This document shows, in pieces, positions 10,378 through 21,064 of a DNA stretch of 53,374 bases; within the stretch, counting starts at the first letter, position 1; each line of letters opens with the position of its first letter. The notes under the pieces were generated by a model. The model saw nothing but the letters and a program-made list of their open reading frames with translations, ran no database searches and was not told the origin of the DNA. Origin of the DNA: a candidate division FCPU426 bacterium (lineage in GTDB: Bacteria; Oederibacteriota; JAJYGY01; DAIDJD01); contig DAIDJD010000143.1 of assembly GCA_027451505.1 (NCBI GenBank), forward strand, positions 1 to 53,374. The letters are read 5' to 3'. The position numbers and the translations under genes were made by a program.

Positions 10378-12875
10378 GCCGCCGGCGCCGAGCGGGGGGG
10401 CTCGTCGCTGTACTCGGAGGCGTTGATGAGCAGCTTGCGGGGCTTGTTGTGCTCCGCCGGCCCGATGATGCCCTCGGCCTCCATGCGGTCCAGCAGACGC
10501 GAGGCCCGGCCAAAGCCGAGCTTGAGGCGCCTCTGCAGCACGCTGGTGCTGCCCTGGCCCGCGGAGATGACCACCTTGAGGGCCTCCTCGTACAGGGCGT
10601 CGTCGACGTCGCCGTAGTCCTCGCCCACGTCGGCGGCGGATTCCCCGACCGCCGGGGCCGCGAAGCGGGGATCGTAGACCGGCTGGGCCTGCCGCTTCAC
10701 GTGGGCGACGACGCGGGCCACCTCCGCCCCGGAAAGGAAGCAGCCCTGCACCCGCACCGGCTTGTTGACGTTGTACGGGTTGTAGAGCATGTCACCCCGC
10801 CCCAGAAGGGCCTCGGCCCCGTTGCCGTCGAGGATGGTCCGGCTGTCGATCTTGCTGGAGACCTGGAAGGCGATGCGGCTGGGCAGGTTGGCCTTGATGA
10901 CGCCCGTGATGACGTCCACCGAGGGCCTTTGGGTGGCGATGACCAGGTGGATGCCCACGCCGCGGGCCATCTGGGCCAGGCGGCAGATGCTGTTTTCGAC
11001 CTCGTTGGCGCTGACCATCATCAGGTCGGCCAACTCGTCGACCACCACCACGATGTAGGGCAGGCGGCGGTGGGGGTCGGTCTCCCTGGGGACGGCCTCG
11101 GCCTCCTCGGCGGACAGCTCCGGGCTGCGCTCCCGCTCCCCGTCGCGCGCGGCCACCCACTCGTTGTAGTCGTCGATCTTGCGCATGCCGGCCTGGGCCA
11201 GCAGCTTGTAGCGGTCCTCCATCTCCTCGACGAGCAGGCGCAGGGCCCCGGCGGCCTCCTTGGGGTTGGAGACCACCGGCCGCAGAAGGTGGGGGATGCC
11301 GTCGTAGGGCGTCAACTCGACGCGCTTGGGGTCGACCATGAGCAGCTTGACCTCGTCGGGCGCGGCCCGGAAGAGGACGCTGGTGATGATGGCGTTCAGG
11401 CATACCGACTTGCCCGAGCCCGTGGACCCGGCCACCAGCAGGTGCGGCATCTCGGCCAGGTTGCTGAAGATCATGCTCCCGCCGATGTCCTTGCCCAGGG
11501 CGAAGATCAGCTTGTGGGCGCTTTCCCGGAACTCGGCGGTCTCGACGAGTTCGCGCATCATCACGGGCACGGACTTGGAGTTGGGGATTTCCACGCCCAG
11601 GGTGCCCTTGCCCGGGATGGGCCCCTCGATGCGCACGGCGCTGGCCTTGGCCCCCAGCGCGATGTCGTCGGCCAGCGAGACCACCCGGCTCATCTTGACC
11701 CCCGGGGCCAGGGCGATCTCGTAGCGGGTCACCGTGGGGCCGGGGCAGACCTCCACCACCTTCGCGGAGACCCCGAAGCTGGCCAGCACCCGCTCAAGGT
11801 TGGTTGAGACCTGCTCGTAGTCCTTGGGCGCGGCGATGGAGCCGGCAGCCGGCTGCAACAAATCGGGGTCCGGAAGCCGGTACCCCTCCAGGGCGCTGGC
11901 GCTACCCTGCGCGGTCACGGCCAAGGCGTCGGTGCTGGCCAGGGTGTTCACCCTGGGCCCGGCCTCGGAGACCTTGATCTTCTCGCCGCGCTTGCGCTCG
12001 ATGACGCGCTCGGCCAGGGCCTCGCGCTCCCGCGCCGAGGCGGCCCGGGCCCCGGCCGGATCCGCGACGGCGCCGGCATCCCCCCGGCCGGCCCCCGCGT
12101 CCGCATCCTGCTCCCCGGCCTCCCCGGCTTCAGGCTCCCAGGACGCGCCCTTGCGCCCCAGCCTGGGGGCCGCGTCGGCGGCCTCCCCGGCGCCGAGGCG
12201 CCCCAGCCGAAGGCGCTCATAGGCCCGCAGCACCACGGTCTTGACCCGGGCCTCCTGCTCCAACAGGTAGACCGAAACGGCCAGCAGCGCCAGGCACACG
12301 AGGACCGTGCCCACGGCCGAAAGGTACTGCTCCATGGCCGCGCCCAGGAGGGTCCCCAGCATGCCGCCCAGGTAAAGCCCCTGGGCCGGGCCGGTGGCCA
12401 GCGGCGCGGGCGCCACCAGGTGCACCAGGCTACAGACGGCGACCATGGCCAGCCCGGTGCCGGCGGCCTTCACCGAAGGAGCCCTCAGGGAGCGCCGGCG
12501 CAGGTTCAGCCAGCCCAGCAGCAGGAGGGCCAGGGGCGGCGCCACGTAGGACAGGCCCAGCAGGCCGAAGCAGGCCCGGAAGCAGTACATGCCCGCCACG
12601 CCCAGAAGGTCCTTGTCCAGGGGCACCAGGGCCAGGGCCAGGGCCAGGCCGGCCAAAAACTGCATCAGCCCGGTCAGTTCCTGGCGCCGTTCCTGGCCGA
12701 AATCCAGGGCGGCCTCCCAGGCCTGGGCCACGAACCCGGGACGGGACCGTCCCCGGGGCGCGGCCACCGCCGGGACGCGGCGGGACGCGGCCCGCCGAGG
12801 GGCGGCGGGGGCACGGCGAGATGGCTTCCTGGCGCGGGCGCTGGACAAACGTCCTCCCTCCGGGTCGCGGTTCAC
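10374..12875 (-). CDS. ftsK: DNA translocase FtsK/SpoIIIE
   Basis: N-terminal 4TM region, GPTVTRYE, MPHLLVAGSTGSGKS, VVDELADLM, LATQRPS-type motif, LLGRGDML, gamma domain LQRRLKLGFGRA. Confidence 0.98.
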   Translation of the reverse strand: MNRDPEGGRLSSARARKPSRRAPAAPRRAASRRVPAVAAPRGRSRPGFVAQAWEAALDFGQERRQELTGLMQFLAGLALALALVPLDKDLLGVAGMYCFRACFGLLGLSYVAPPLALLLLGWLNLRRRSLRAPSVKAAGTGLAMVAVCSLVHLVAPAPLATGPAQGLYLGGMLGTLLGAAMEQYLSAVGTVLVCLALLAVSVYLLEQEARVKTVVLRAYERLRLGRLGAGEAADAAPRLGRKGASWEPEAGEAGEQDADAGAGRGDAGAVADPAGARAASAREREALAERVIERKRGEKIKVSEAGPRVNTLASTDALAVTAQGSASALEGYRLPDPDLLQPAAGSIAAPKDYEQVSTNLERVLASFGVSAKVVEVCPGPTVTRYEIALAPGVKMSRVVSLADDIALGAKASAVRIEGPIPGKGTLGVEIPNSKSVPVMMRELVETAEFRESAHKLIFALGKDIGGSMIFSNLAEMPHLLVAGSTGSGKSVCLNAIITSVLFRAAPDEVKLLMVDPKRVELTPYDGIPHLLRPVVSNPKEAAGALRLLVEEMEDRYKLLAQAGMRKIDDYNEWVAARDGERERSPELSAEEAEAVPRETDPHRRLPYIVVVVDELADLMMVSANEVENSICRLAQMARGVGIHLVIATQRPSVDVITGVIKANLPSRIAFQVSSKIDSRTILDGNGAEALLGRGDMLYNPYNVNKPVRVQGCFLSGAEVARVVAHVKRQAQPVYDPRFAAPAVGESAADVGEDYGDVDDALYEEALKVVISAGQGSTSVLQRRLKLGFGRASRLLDRMEAEGIIGPAEHNKPRKLLINASEYSDEPPRSAPAA

Positions 12876-14602
12876 AGCTCCAGGACCGCCGGTACGATCA
12901 CCGGGCGGGCCTGGAGCCGCTTCTTGAAGAAGCGCTTGAGCGTGGTGGTGGTGAGGTCGCGCGCCTGGTCCCAGTCCGGCGGCTTGCCGTAGGCGGCCTG
13001 TTCCGAGAGCACGGCGTGCACCTGCCCCTCGGCCTGGGCCAGCAGGCCGTCCAGGTCCGGGGCCATCAGGCCCCGGGCCAACAGGTGGGGCCCTTGGAGC
13101 ACTTCCCCGTCGCGGCGGCTCAGGCCCACCGAGCAGACCACGAACCCGTCCTCGCGCAGGTGCTGGCGGTCGCGCAGCACCACGGAATCGGGCTCGTCCG
13201 TGGCCAACCCGTCGACGAGCACCTCGCCCGCGGGCACGAAGACGTCGGCGGCGGCCCGGGCCCCGTCGAAGGTCCAGCGCTGGCCGTTCTCCAGCAGGAA
13301 CACCCGCTCGGAGGGGATGCCCTCGTCGTAGGCCAGGCGGCGGTGGTTGACCTGGTGGCGCAGTTCTCCGTGGACGGGCAGGAAGAAACGGGGCTTGAGC
13401 AGCCTCAACATCTCGCGGCCGTCCTCGCGCGAACCGTGCCCGCTGACGTGCACGCGGTCGTTGCGTTCGGTGATGACCTCGGCGCCGCGGCGGTAGAAGT
13501 TGTTGATGAGCGCGCCGATGGTGCGTTCGTTGCCCGGGATGGCCCGGGCCGAGTACACCAGCACATCGCCCGGGGCCACCTTCAAGTCGGAGTGGGTGCC
13601 GTCGGCCAGGCGGGCCAGCCCGCTGCGGGGCTCGCCCTGGCTGCCGGTGCTGACCACCACGCTACGCTCCGGGGGCAGGCGCTGCACCGTGGCCAAGTCC
13701 ACCAGCACGCCCTCGGGCACGCGCAGGTAGCCCAATTCCCGGGCCAGGCGCATGTTGCCCTCCATGCTGCGGCCCAGGGGGCAGACCACGCGCCCCGTGT
13801 CGCTGGCGGCGTCGAGCACCTGCTGGAAACGGTGCACATGGCTGGCGAAGCTGGTCAGGAAGACCCGGCCCGGGGCGTCGGCCAGGGCCCGTTCCAGTCC
13901 GGGCCGCACGCTGCGCTCCCCGGGGGTCCAGCCCGGCAGTTCGACGTTGGTGCTGTCGCTCATCAGCGCCAGCACACCCTCCTCGCCCAGGCGCCGCAGC
14001 AGCTCTCGGTCCAAACGCCGCCCGTCGACCGGGTCGGAGTCGAACTTGAAGTCCCCGCTGTGGACCACCATCCCCAAGGGCGTGCCCACCGCCACGCCCA
14101 TCCCGTCGCAGACGCTGTGGCAGACGCTGAAGAAGCGAAGGCGGAAAGGCCGCAGCTCCAGGGTGCCGCCGGCGGCGACCTCCACGAAACGGGCCCGTTC
14201 CAGCAGCCCCATCTCCCGCACCCGGCCCTGGGCCAGCGCCAGGGTGTAGCGGGTGCCGTAGACCGTGAGGGGCCTCTCCCGCAGCAGGAAGGCCAAGGCC
14301 CCGATGTGGTCCTCGTGGCCGTGGGTCAGGACCAACCCCACCACCTCCCCGGCCTGGCGGAGGTAGCTGAAGTCCGGGATGATCAGGTCGATGCCCGGGT
14401 GCTCCGCCACGTTGGGGAAGCGCAACCCGCAGTCGATGATCAGGGTCTTGCCGCCGTACTCGATGAGGGTGAAGTTCTTGCCGACCTCGCCCACCCCCCC
14501 CAGGGGGGTCACGGAGAGCACCCCGGGTGACGGCGGGGCCAATTCCGCGGCTTTATCCCCGCTCAGACGTTCCTGCACCACCTGGCCGGCCTGGACCTCC
14601 AT
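12872..14602 (-). CDS. rnj: Ribonuclease J
   Basis: PLGGVGEVGKN, THGHEDHIG, HSGDFK, SDSTN, HVSGH, PVHGE. Confidence 0.97.
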   Translation of the reverse strand: MEVQAGQVVQERLSGDKAAELAPPSPGVLSVTPLGGVGEVGKNFTLIEYGGKTLIIDCGLRFPNVAEHPGIDLIIPDFSYLRQAGEVVGLVLTHGHEDHIGALAFLLRERPLTVYGTRYTLALAQGRVREMGLLERARFVEVAAGGTLELRPFRLRFFSVCHSVCDGMGVAVGTPLGMVVHSGDFKFDSDPVDGRRLDRELLRRLGEEGVLALMSDSTNVELPGWTPGERSVRPGLERALADAPGRVFLTSFASHVHRFQQVLDAASDTGRVVCPLGRSMEGNMRLARELGYLRVPEGVLVDLATVQRLPPERSVVVSTGSQGEPRSGLARLADGTHSDLKVAPGDVLVYSARAIPGNERTIGALINNFYRRGAEVITERNDRVHVSGHGSREDGREMLRLLKPRFFLPVHGELRHQVNHRRLAYDEGIPSERVFLLENGQRWTFDGARAAADVFVPAGEVLVDGLATDEPDSVVLRDRQHLREDGFVVCSVGLSRRDGEVLQGPHLLARGLMAPDLDGLLAQAEGQVHAVLSEQAAYGKPPDWDQARDLTTTTLKRFFKKRLQARPVIVPAVLEL

Positions 14603-14634
14603 GCACCCTCGTCAGCTTATGTTTTGGACCAGAA

Positions 14635-14643
14635 ATTGTACCA
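14635..14643 (-). promoter_or_regulatory. Extended -10 promoter (TGnTACAAT) upstream of the rnj operon
   Basis: The minus strand reads TGGTACAAT about 33 nt upstream of the rnj ATG, in an AT-richer gap. Confidence 0.5.
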
Positions 14644-14657
14644 TAAGAAAGGCCTTT

Positions 14658-15080
14658 TCACCGCCCGGCACGGGCCACCAGGACCCCCAGGCAACGGTCC
14701 GCCACCACCCGGTATCCGGCGGCTTCCAGGCGGGCCTCGGATTCGGGGTGGCGGATGCCGGTCTGAAGCCAGACGGTCCGGGGCCGCCGCGGCGGGGGCA
14801 AGGCCAGCAATTCCTCGGCCAGCTCCGGGATGGCATCGCTGCGGCGGAAGACATCCACCACATCCGGGACTTCCCTGAGATCGGCCAGATGGGGCACGGA
14901 GGTCTCGCCCAAGGCCGCGGAGATCATGGGATTCACCGGGAGAACCCTCAGGCCCCGCTTCTGGAGCATCTGCGGGATCTCGAAGCTGGCGCGCCCGGGT
15001 TTGGACCCATCGGTCATGCCCACCACGGCCACGACCCGGGCGGTGCGGGCGACTTCCAGGGCTTCCTCGTCGGAAAGCAT
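14658..15080 (-). CDS. CoA-binding protein (YccU-like)
   Basis: VAVVGM...VLPVNP...DVVDVFRRS...VWLQTGI...VVADRC. Confidence 0.92.
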   Translation of the reverse strand: MLSDEEALEVARTARVVAVVGMTDGSKPGRASFEIPQMLQKRGLRVLPVNPMISAALGETSVPHLADLREVPDVVDVFRRSDAIPELAEELLALPPPRRPRTVWLQTGIRHPESEARLEAAGYRVVADRCLGVLVARAGR

Positions 15081-15114
15081 GCGTTCCCCCGAATATTCCG
15101 TGAAAATCCTTTAT

Positions 15115-15816
15115 TTAGAAGCGTATTTCTTGGTCGCCATAGAAGAACTTGCCGCTGACTTCAAAGGGCAGGGCCGCCAGGGCCAAGACCCGGTGCCCGC
15201 CGTCGACGGGTTCCCCCGGCGCGTTGGGGCCGCCGAGGTCGGTCTTGAGCCAGCCCGGATCCAGGGCGTTGACGGCCACCGCGCCCTTGAGCTCGCCGGC
15301 CCACAGGATGGTCAGGCCTCCCAGGGTATATTTGGTGAGGCGGTAGGTGGGCATGTCCGGGGTCTCGATGAGGGCTTGGCGCGTGCCGGCGCCGGAGCTG
15401 ACGTTGATGACCCTGGGCTCGTCGCCGTTGCGCAGCAAGGGCAGCAGGTGGAAGGTCAGCTCATGGGGCGCCAGCACGTTGACGCGCAGTTGGCGCTCCA
15501 GAAGGTCCACCCCTTCGGCCATCCAGTCCTTCTTGTAGGTCTGCACGCCGGCGTTGTTGACCAAAAGGTCCAAAGCTCCCCATTGGCGGCCGACCGCCTC
15601 GGCCAGGCGCTTGGGCGCGGCCGGGTCGAAGAAATCCGCCACCACGGGCGTGAAGGCCCCCAGGGCCTTGAGCTCGGAGGCGGCCTTCCGCAGGCGTTCC
15701 GGGTCGCGGCCCGTGCCGAGGACCTCGGCGCCGGCCTCGAGGAAGAGGCGGGCGGCGTGGTAGCCGACGCCGCGCGAGGCCCCGGTGATGACGATGCGTT
15801 TGCCTTTGAACGACAT
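15115..15816 (-). CDS. Short-chain dehydrogenase/reductase
   Basis: [23 protein letters not shown] (YxxxK), [11 protein letters not shown]. Confidence 0.93.
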   Translation of the reverse strand: MSFKGKRIVITGASRGVGYHAARLFLEAGAEVLGTGRDPERLRKAASELKALGAFTPVVADFFDPAAPKRLAEAVGRQWGALDLLVNNAGVQTYKKDWMAEGVDLLERQLRVNVLAPHELTFHLLPLLRNGDEPRVINVSSGAGTRQALIETPDMPTYRLTKYTLGGLTILWAGELKGAVAVNALDPGWLKTDLGGPNAPGEPVDGGHRVLALAALPFEVSGKFFYGDQEIRF

Positions 15817-16085
15817 GGGTTCTCCTGACGGGAAGTCCACCGGCCCCGGGCCGGCGCTTGGCCATGATACCCGCCCGGGCCCGGGGACGCCACGCCTTAG
15901 GGTCCGGCCGGCGAATCCCGCTGGCTCCCCTTGAAGCGGCCCGCACCCGTAGTCCGGCCCCGGAAAACCGGGACGCCCCCAAGATGGGGCTGGACAAGAC
16001 AGGGGGGGCTTTTGAGAATCGAGCTTCCATCCACCCCAATGAGGACCCTCCCTGTCGCGGGGATGCGGCCTCAAGGAGCCCCACG

Positions 16086-18353
16086 ATGCCCGTGATCGAG
16101 ACCACGCCCGAAATGGTGGAGCGCGTCTACGCCACCACCCGCAGGAACCTAGCCGCCGTGCGCAAGCGCCTGAACCGGCCGCTGACCCTGGCCGAGAAGA
16201 TCGTCTTCGGCCACCTGGACAAACCCGAGTCCCAGGAGCTGGCCGTGGGCGCGGCCTTCCTGGACACCCGCCCGGACCGCGTGGCCATGCAGGACGCCAC
16301 GGCCCAGATGGCCATCCTCCAGTTCAGCCAGGCCCAGATCCCCACGGTGCGCGTCCCCTCCACCGTCCATTGCGACCACCTCATCCAGGCCTACCGGGGC
16401 TCCTCCCAGGACCTGGCCACGGCCGAGGACACGAACAAGGAAGTCTACGCCTTCCTGGCCTCGGCCTCGGACAAGTTCGGCATCGGCTTCTGGAAGCCGG
16501 GCGCGGGCATCATCCACCAGGTGGTCTTCGAGAACTACGCCTTCCCCGGCGGCATGATGATCGGCACCGACAGCCACACCCCCAACGCCGGCGGCCTGGG
16601 CATGGTGGCCTGCGGCGTGGGCGGGGCCGACGCCGTGGACGTGATGGCCGGCCTGCCCTGGGTGGTCAAGCACCCCAAGCGCATCGCCGTCGTACTCACG
16701 GGGGCCATGTCCGGATGGACCTCGCCCAAGGACGTGATCCTGAAGGTGGCCCAGATCCTCACGGTCAAGGGCGGCACCAACGCCATCGTGGAGTACATCG
16801 GCCCCGGGGCGCGCAGCTTCAGCTGCACCGGCAAGGGAACCATCACCAACATGGGCGCCGAGATCGGGGCCACCACCTCGGTGTTCCCCTACGACGCCTC
16901 CATGGCCCGCTACCTTCGGGGCACGGGCCGCGCCGCGCTGGCCGCCCTGGCGGACGCGAACAAGGACCTCCTGGAGCCCGACCCGGAATGCGAGGCCGAC
17001 CCCGAACGCCACTACGACCAGGTGGTGCGCATCGACCTGTCCGCGCTGGAGCCCCACGTGGTGGGACCCCACACGCCGGATTTGGCCCGCCCGGTGAGCC
17101 AGATGGCGCGGGACGCCGCCTCCAACGGCTACCCCGTCGAGCTGAAGGCGGCGCTCATCGGCAGCTGCACAAACTCCAGCTACGAGGACCTCGGACGGGC
17201 CGCCGATGTCGCCGAGCAGGCCGCGTCCCGGGGCGCCAAGACCTCGGCTCCCCTGCTCATCACCCCGGGTTCGGAGCAGATCTACCGCACCATCCAGCGC
17301 GACGGGCAGATGGCCAGCCTGGAGAAGGTGGGCGCCACGGTGATGGCCAACGCCTGCGGGCCCTGCATCGGCCAGTGGAAGCGCGACGACGTCAAGAAAG
17401 GGGAGGTCAACAGCATCATCAGCTCCTTCAACCGCAACTTCCCCGCCCGCAACGACGGCAACGACGCCACCATGAGCTTCATCGGCTCCCCCGAGGTCGT
17501 GATAGCCTTCGCCCTGGCCGGGCGCCTGGACGTCAACCCCCTGGCCGGGGAGTTCACCACGGCCGCCGGCGTGAAGGTGCGCCTCGAGCCGCCCAAGCCC
17601 GCCGACGACCTCCCCAAAGCCGGCTTCGTGCCTCCCCAGGGCGTCTACGCGGCCCCGGCCAAGGACGGGTCCGCGGTGCGCATCGTGGTCGACCCCAAGA
17701 GCGACCGCCTGCAGTTGCTCTCGCCCTTCGACGCCTGGCACGGCCGCGACTTCACGGGCCTGCCGCTGCTGTTGAAAGCCAAGGGCAAGTGCACCACGGA
17801 CCACATCTCCCCGGCCGGGCCCTGGCTGAAATACCGTGGCCACCTGGACAACATCTCCAACAACATGTTCCTGGGCGCGGTGAACGCCTTCACCGGCAAG
17901 CCCGGCCAGGCCAAGGACCAGGCCACCGGCGAATGGAAGGAGCCCCAGGCCGTGGCCCGGAGCTACAAGGCCCGCGGCCTGAAGTGGGCCGTGGTCGGCG
18001 ACGAGAACTACGGCGAGGGCTCCAGCCGCGAACACGCGGCCATGAGCCCGCGCCACCTCGGCGCGGCCGTGGTGCTGGTCAAGAGCTTCGCCCGCATCCA
18101 CGAGACCAACCTGAAGAAGCAGGGCATCCTGCCCCTGACCTTCGCCGACCCCAAGGACTACGACAAGGTTTTGGAGGACGACACCCTCGACGTGCTGGGG
18201 CTGAAGGACCTGGCCCCGGGCCGGGACTTGACCGTGGTCCTGCGGCACAAGGGCGGCTCCGAGGAGCGCATCCAGGCCCGGCATTCCCTCAACGCCGACC
18301 AGATCGCCTGGTTCAAAGCCGGCAGCGCCCTGAACCTGATGAGCAAGAACTGA
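16086..18353 (+). CDS. acn: Aconitate hydratase, mitochondrial-like type
   Basis: [26 protein letters not shown], FeS ligands IGSCTNS and [27 protein letters not shown]; about 755 aa. Confidence 0.96.
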   Translation: MPVIETTPEMVERVYATTRRNLAAVRKRLNRPLTLAEKIVFGHLDKPESQELAVGAAFLDTRPDRVAMQDATAQMAILQFSQAQIPTVRVPSTVHCDHLIQAYRGSSQDLATAEDTNKEVYAFLASASDKFGIGFWKPGAGIIHQVVFENYAFPGGMMIGTDSHTPNAGGLGMVACGVGGADAVDVMAGLPWVVKHPKRIAVVLTGAMSGWTSPKDVILKVAQILTVKGGTNAIVEYIGPGARSFSCTGKGTITNMGAEIGATTSVFPYDASMARYLRGTGRAALAALADANKDLLEPDPECEADPERHYDQVVRIDLSALEPHVVGPHTPDLARPVSQMARDAASNGYPVELKAALIGSCTNSSYEDLGRAADVAEQAASRGAKTSAPLLITPGSEQIYRTIQRDGQMASLEKVGATVMANACGPCIGQWKRDDVKKGEVNSIISSFNRNFPARNDGNDATMSFIGSPEVVIAFALAGRLDVNPLAGEFTTAAGVKVRLEPPKPADDLPKAGFVPPQGVYAAPAKDGSAVRIVVDPKSDRLQLLSPFDAWHGRDFTGLPLLLKAKGKCTTDHISPAGPWLKYRGHLDNISNNMFLGAVNAFTGKPGQAKDQATGEWKEPQAVARSYKARGLKWAVVGDENYGEGSSREHAAMSPRHLGAAVVLVKSFARIHETNLKKQGILPLTFADPKDYDKVLEDDTLDVLGLKDLAPGRDLTVVLRHKGGSEERIQARHSLNADQIAWFKAGSALNLMSKN

Positions 18354-18374
18354 CCCGCGCAGGCCGATGAAACG

Positions 18375-18412
18375 GAAAGGGCCGCCCCATTGGGGCGGCC
18401 CTTTCGCTTTTT
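18375..18412 (+). terminator. Intrinsic terminator between convergent aconitase and aldo/keto reductase genes
   Basis: Inverted repeat GAAAGGGCCGCCCC / GGGGCGGCCCTTTC followed by GCTTTTT. Confidence 0.85.
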
Positions 18413-18429
18413 GAAGGCCCGTCGACCCG

Positions 18430-19407
18430 CTACCAGGCGTACGCCTCGGGGGCGGTCCCGCCCGGACCCGGGAACAGGCGGTCCAGTTCGCCCAGACGCT
18501 TGGCGTCGAGCTCCACCTTGAAGGCGCCCAGGCTGCCCTCCAACTGCTCCAGGGTGCGCGGCCCGATGATGGGCGCCGTGACCACGGGGTTGCGCAGCAG
18601 CCAGGCCAGGGCCACGTCGGCGGGGGCGTGCCCCCAGCGCCGGCACAGGCGCTCGTAGGCCTCCAGGGTCTTGGCGTGCTCCTTGACGAAGCCCTTGGTC
18701 CACTCGTGCTGGCGGCGCTTGCCCTGCCCCCGGGTCGCCCCCCCGGCCAGGGCGCCCCCGGCCAGCGGGCTCCAGGGGATCAACCCCAGGCCGTAGCCTT
18801 GGGCCGCGGGCAGGACCTCCAGCTCCGGGACGCGGCAGGCCAGGTTGTACTTGGTCTGCTCGCAGACGAGCCCCAGGAAGCGGCGCGAACGGGCGGCCTC
18901 CTGGGCCTGGGCCAGGTGCCAGCCCGCGAAGTTGCTGCTTCCGAAGTACGTGACCTTGCCCTGCTGCACCAGGACCTCGCAGGCCTGCCAGATCTCCTCC
19001 CAAGGCACGTTGCGGTCGACGTGGTGGAACTGGTACAGGTCGATGTGGTCGGTGCGCAGGCGCTTGAGGCTGTCCTCGCAGGCCCGCCGTATGTGCAGCG
19101 CCGACAGCCCGCGCTCGTTGGGCCACTCGCCCATGGGGTTGAAGACCTTGGTGGCCAAGACCACCTTCTCACGCCGCCCGCCGCCCAGGCGGAACCAGCG
19201 GCCCAGGATCTGCTCGGTGAGGCCCTCGCCCATCTTCCAGCCGTACACGTTGGCGGTGTCGAAGAAGTTGATGCCCAGCTCCAGGGCCCGGTCCATGATG
19301 GCGAAGGCCGTGCTTTCGTCGGAATCCCATCCGAAATTCATGGTGCCCAGGCACAGGCGGCTCACCACCACGCCGCTGCGCCCCAGGCGCGTTTTTTGCA
19401 TCTCCAT
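18430..19407 (-). CDS. Aldo/keto reductase
   Basis: SRLCLGTMNFG, DTANVY, LATK, SLKRLRTDHIDLYQFH, PWSPLAGG, PIIG. Confidence 0.95.
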   Translation of the reverse strand: MEMQKTRLGRSGVVVSRLCLGTMNFGWDSDESTAFAIMDRALELGINFFDTANVYGWKMGEGLTEQILGRWFRLGGGRREKVVLATKVFNPMGEWPNERGLSALHIRRACEDSLKRLRTDHIDLYQFHHVDRNVPWEEIWQACEVLVQQGKVTYFGSSNFAGWHLAQAQEAARSRRFLGLVCEQTKYNLACRVPELEVLPAAQGYGLGLIPWSPLAGGALAGGATRGQGKRRQHEWTKGFVKEHAKTLEAYERLCRRWGHAPADVALAWLLRNPVVTAPIIGPRTLEQLEGSLGAFKVELDAKRLGELDRLFPGPGGTAPEAYAW

Positions 19408-19469
19408 CGCAGCACTCTCCCAAGGAAAAGGTACGTCCCACTTTACCACCGCGCCGCGCGTGGGGCATG

Positions 19470-19499
19470 AAAAAGCCCTCCCCCGGGCGGGGGAGGGCC
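19470..19499 (-). terminator. Intrinsic terminator after the TPR gene
   Basis: Minus strand GCCCTCCCC-gcccg-GGGGAGGGC followed by TTTTT. Confidence 0.7.
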
Positions 19500-19530
19500 C
19501 TTCGAAAAGCCTTCAGGAACCCTGGAGAGG

Positions 19531-20190
19531 CTAGTATCCCACCGTGGCGGCTGCGTTGGTGACCGCGGCGGCGGCATGGGTGGTGGCCGAGACGGCCGCG
19601 GGCAGGGACTTCTTGATGGACTTCAGCTTGCCCTTGGCCAGGCGCTCGGCGGCGGCCTGCAGCGACTGCAGGTTCTGGTCCAGCCGGGAGTGGTCGGCAC
19701 CGTCCTTGGTGAGCTGGGCGACGCCCTTCTGGTACGTGGCGATGGCCGCGGCCCGGTCGCCGGAATTCACCTGGGCCGAAGCCAGGTCGTTCCAGGCGCC
19801 TTCCAGGTCCGGGTTGAGGGCCAGGGCGGCCTGGGCCGCCTTCTCGGCGTTCGCATAGTCGTTCTCGCCCAGGTACGCGGTGGCGAGGTCGAGCTGGCGG
19901 TACGGCTCACGCTTGGCCTTGCCGTGGTCGGCGACCTGCTCGCCGATGCCGGTGAAGTACGCCACCGCATCGGCGTACTTGCCCGCGTCCAGAAGGGCCT
20001 TGCCCTTCTTCAGCGAACCGGGCGCGTCGTTCTTGGCCACGCCGGAGGCATCCGGAGCGGCCGCGCCGGCGGCGGCGGTCGAACCGGTCGCGGCCGTGGA
20101 CGAGGTGGCCGCCGGGGCGTCGGCCCTCAAGGCGCCGGACAGTCCCAGGCACGCGCAGGCGGACAGGGTAAGCAACAAGGACTTGTTCAT
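19531..20190 (-). CDS. Secreted tetratricopeptide-repeat protein
   Basis: Signal peptide MNKSLLLTLSACACLGLSGALRA; TPR-like helices LATAYLGENDYANAEKAAQAALALNP and AWNDLASAQVNSGDRAAAIATYQKG. Confidence 0.82.
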   Translation of the reverse strand: MNKSLLLTLSACACLGLSGALRADAPAATSSTAATGSTAAAGAAAPDASGVAKNDAPGSLKKGKALLDAGKYADAVAYFTGIGEQVADHGKAKREPYRQLDLATAYLGENDYANAEKAAQAALALNPDLEGAWNDLASAQVNSGDRAAAIATYQKGVAQLTKDGADHSRLDQNLQSLQAAAERLAKGKLKSIKKSLPAAVSATTHAAAAVTNAAATVGY

Positions 20191-20233
20191 CAGGAACCTC
20201 CCAGGGCCGAAGTGAGTGGATGCGGCTGAAATG

Positions 20234-20262
20234 ATGATAGGTAGGGGGCGGCACAAAATCAA
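20234..20262 (-). promoter_or_regulatory. Sigma70-type promoter for the TPR gene
   Basis: Minus strand TTGATT-N17-TATCAT. Confidence 0.6.
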
Positions 20263-20428
20263 GGAGCGCATGAAACGTCGTTCCAAAAAAGTTGCGCCCG
20301 TGATCCCGCAGGGGGAAGGGCCGGGGCCCCTCCCGGCTCAGCGGATTCCGGATGCCGATGACCCCGAACGCTGAAGCCTAAAAATGCAGAAAGCCCGAGT
20401 CTCGAGAGACAGGGGCTGCTGCTTTTTT

Positions 20429-20502
20429 TAGCGCCTACGGGGCTCGAACCCGTGATCTCCGCCTTGAGAGGGCGGCGTCCTAACCAGCTAGACCAAGGCG
20501 CC
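20429..20502 (-). tRNA. tRNA-Glu (anticodon CTC); CCA not encoded
   Basis: GGCGCCTTGGTCTAGCTGGTTAGGACGCCGCCCTCTCAAGGCGGAGATCACGGGTTCGAGCCCCGTAGGCGCTA folds as a cloverleaf with anticodon loop CT-CTC-AA and T-loop GTTCGAG. Confidence 0.97.
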
Positions 20503-20641
20503 TCAGTTTTCCTTTGTGTCGCAAGGCTTTTGGCCCGCGTGGGGAAGCCAAAATGCCCGTGTGCGCCAGGACGGATGGCGTGGGAACGCAAATCCTGCCG
20601 ACGCACAGCGCCCCGGTTCAGAACCCAAACCAGGGGCGGAT

Positions 20642-20670
20642 ACCATACGGGAAGGGGGTGTTGGGGTCAA
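20642..20670 (-). promoter_or_regulatory. Putative sigma70 promoter for the tRNA-Glu transcript
   Basis: Minus strand TTGACC-N17-TATGGT about 140 nt upstream of the tRNA. Confidence 0.5.
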
Positions 20671-21028
20671 GGGATTTTGGGGAGTGGCAGGAGACACGCG
20701 CCACCTTGCCGCCAGTCCCCGTAGGTGCCGACTTCTTTAAGATCCTGCTTTAAGGCCGTGGTGCTTCATCAAGAACGCCCACACCCAGCGTGGAACCGCC
20801 GCTGGAATAGGGCGATGCCCCTCTTCCCACGAAATCCAGAATCTATTGAGACGCTAACAAGGTGCTACCAAACCCGCATTCGATTTCCTCCCCGAGCCCT
20901 TAAAGCCTTCGATTAAAGGCTCAAATCAAGTTCTGGCCACACATTGCGGGGCTGGGTTGGGATCCTTGGAAGGGTTGGGAAAGAAGGCTGGGCTTATTCC
21001 CGAAGGTGCGGAGTTTTGATTTTAAAGC

Positions 21029-21046
21029 TATATCATATATGATATA
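21029..21046. promoter_or_regulatory. Perfect 18-bp palindrome overlapping the -10 region; likely TA autorepression operator
   Basis: TATATCATA|TATGATATA overlaps TATGAT/TATAAT, 18 nt before the toxin ATG. Confidence 0.75.
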
Positions 21047-21064
21047 ATCATTCCGAGGAGACCC

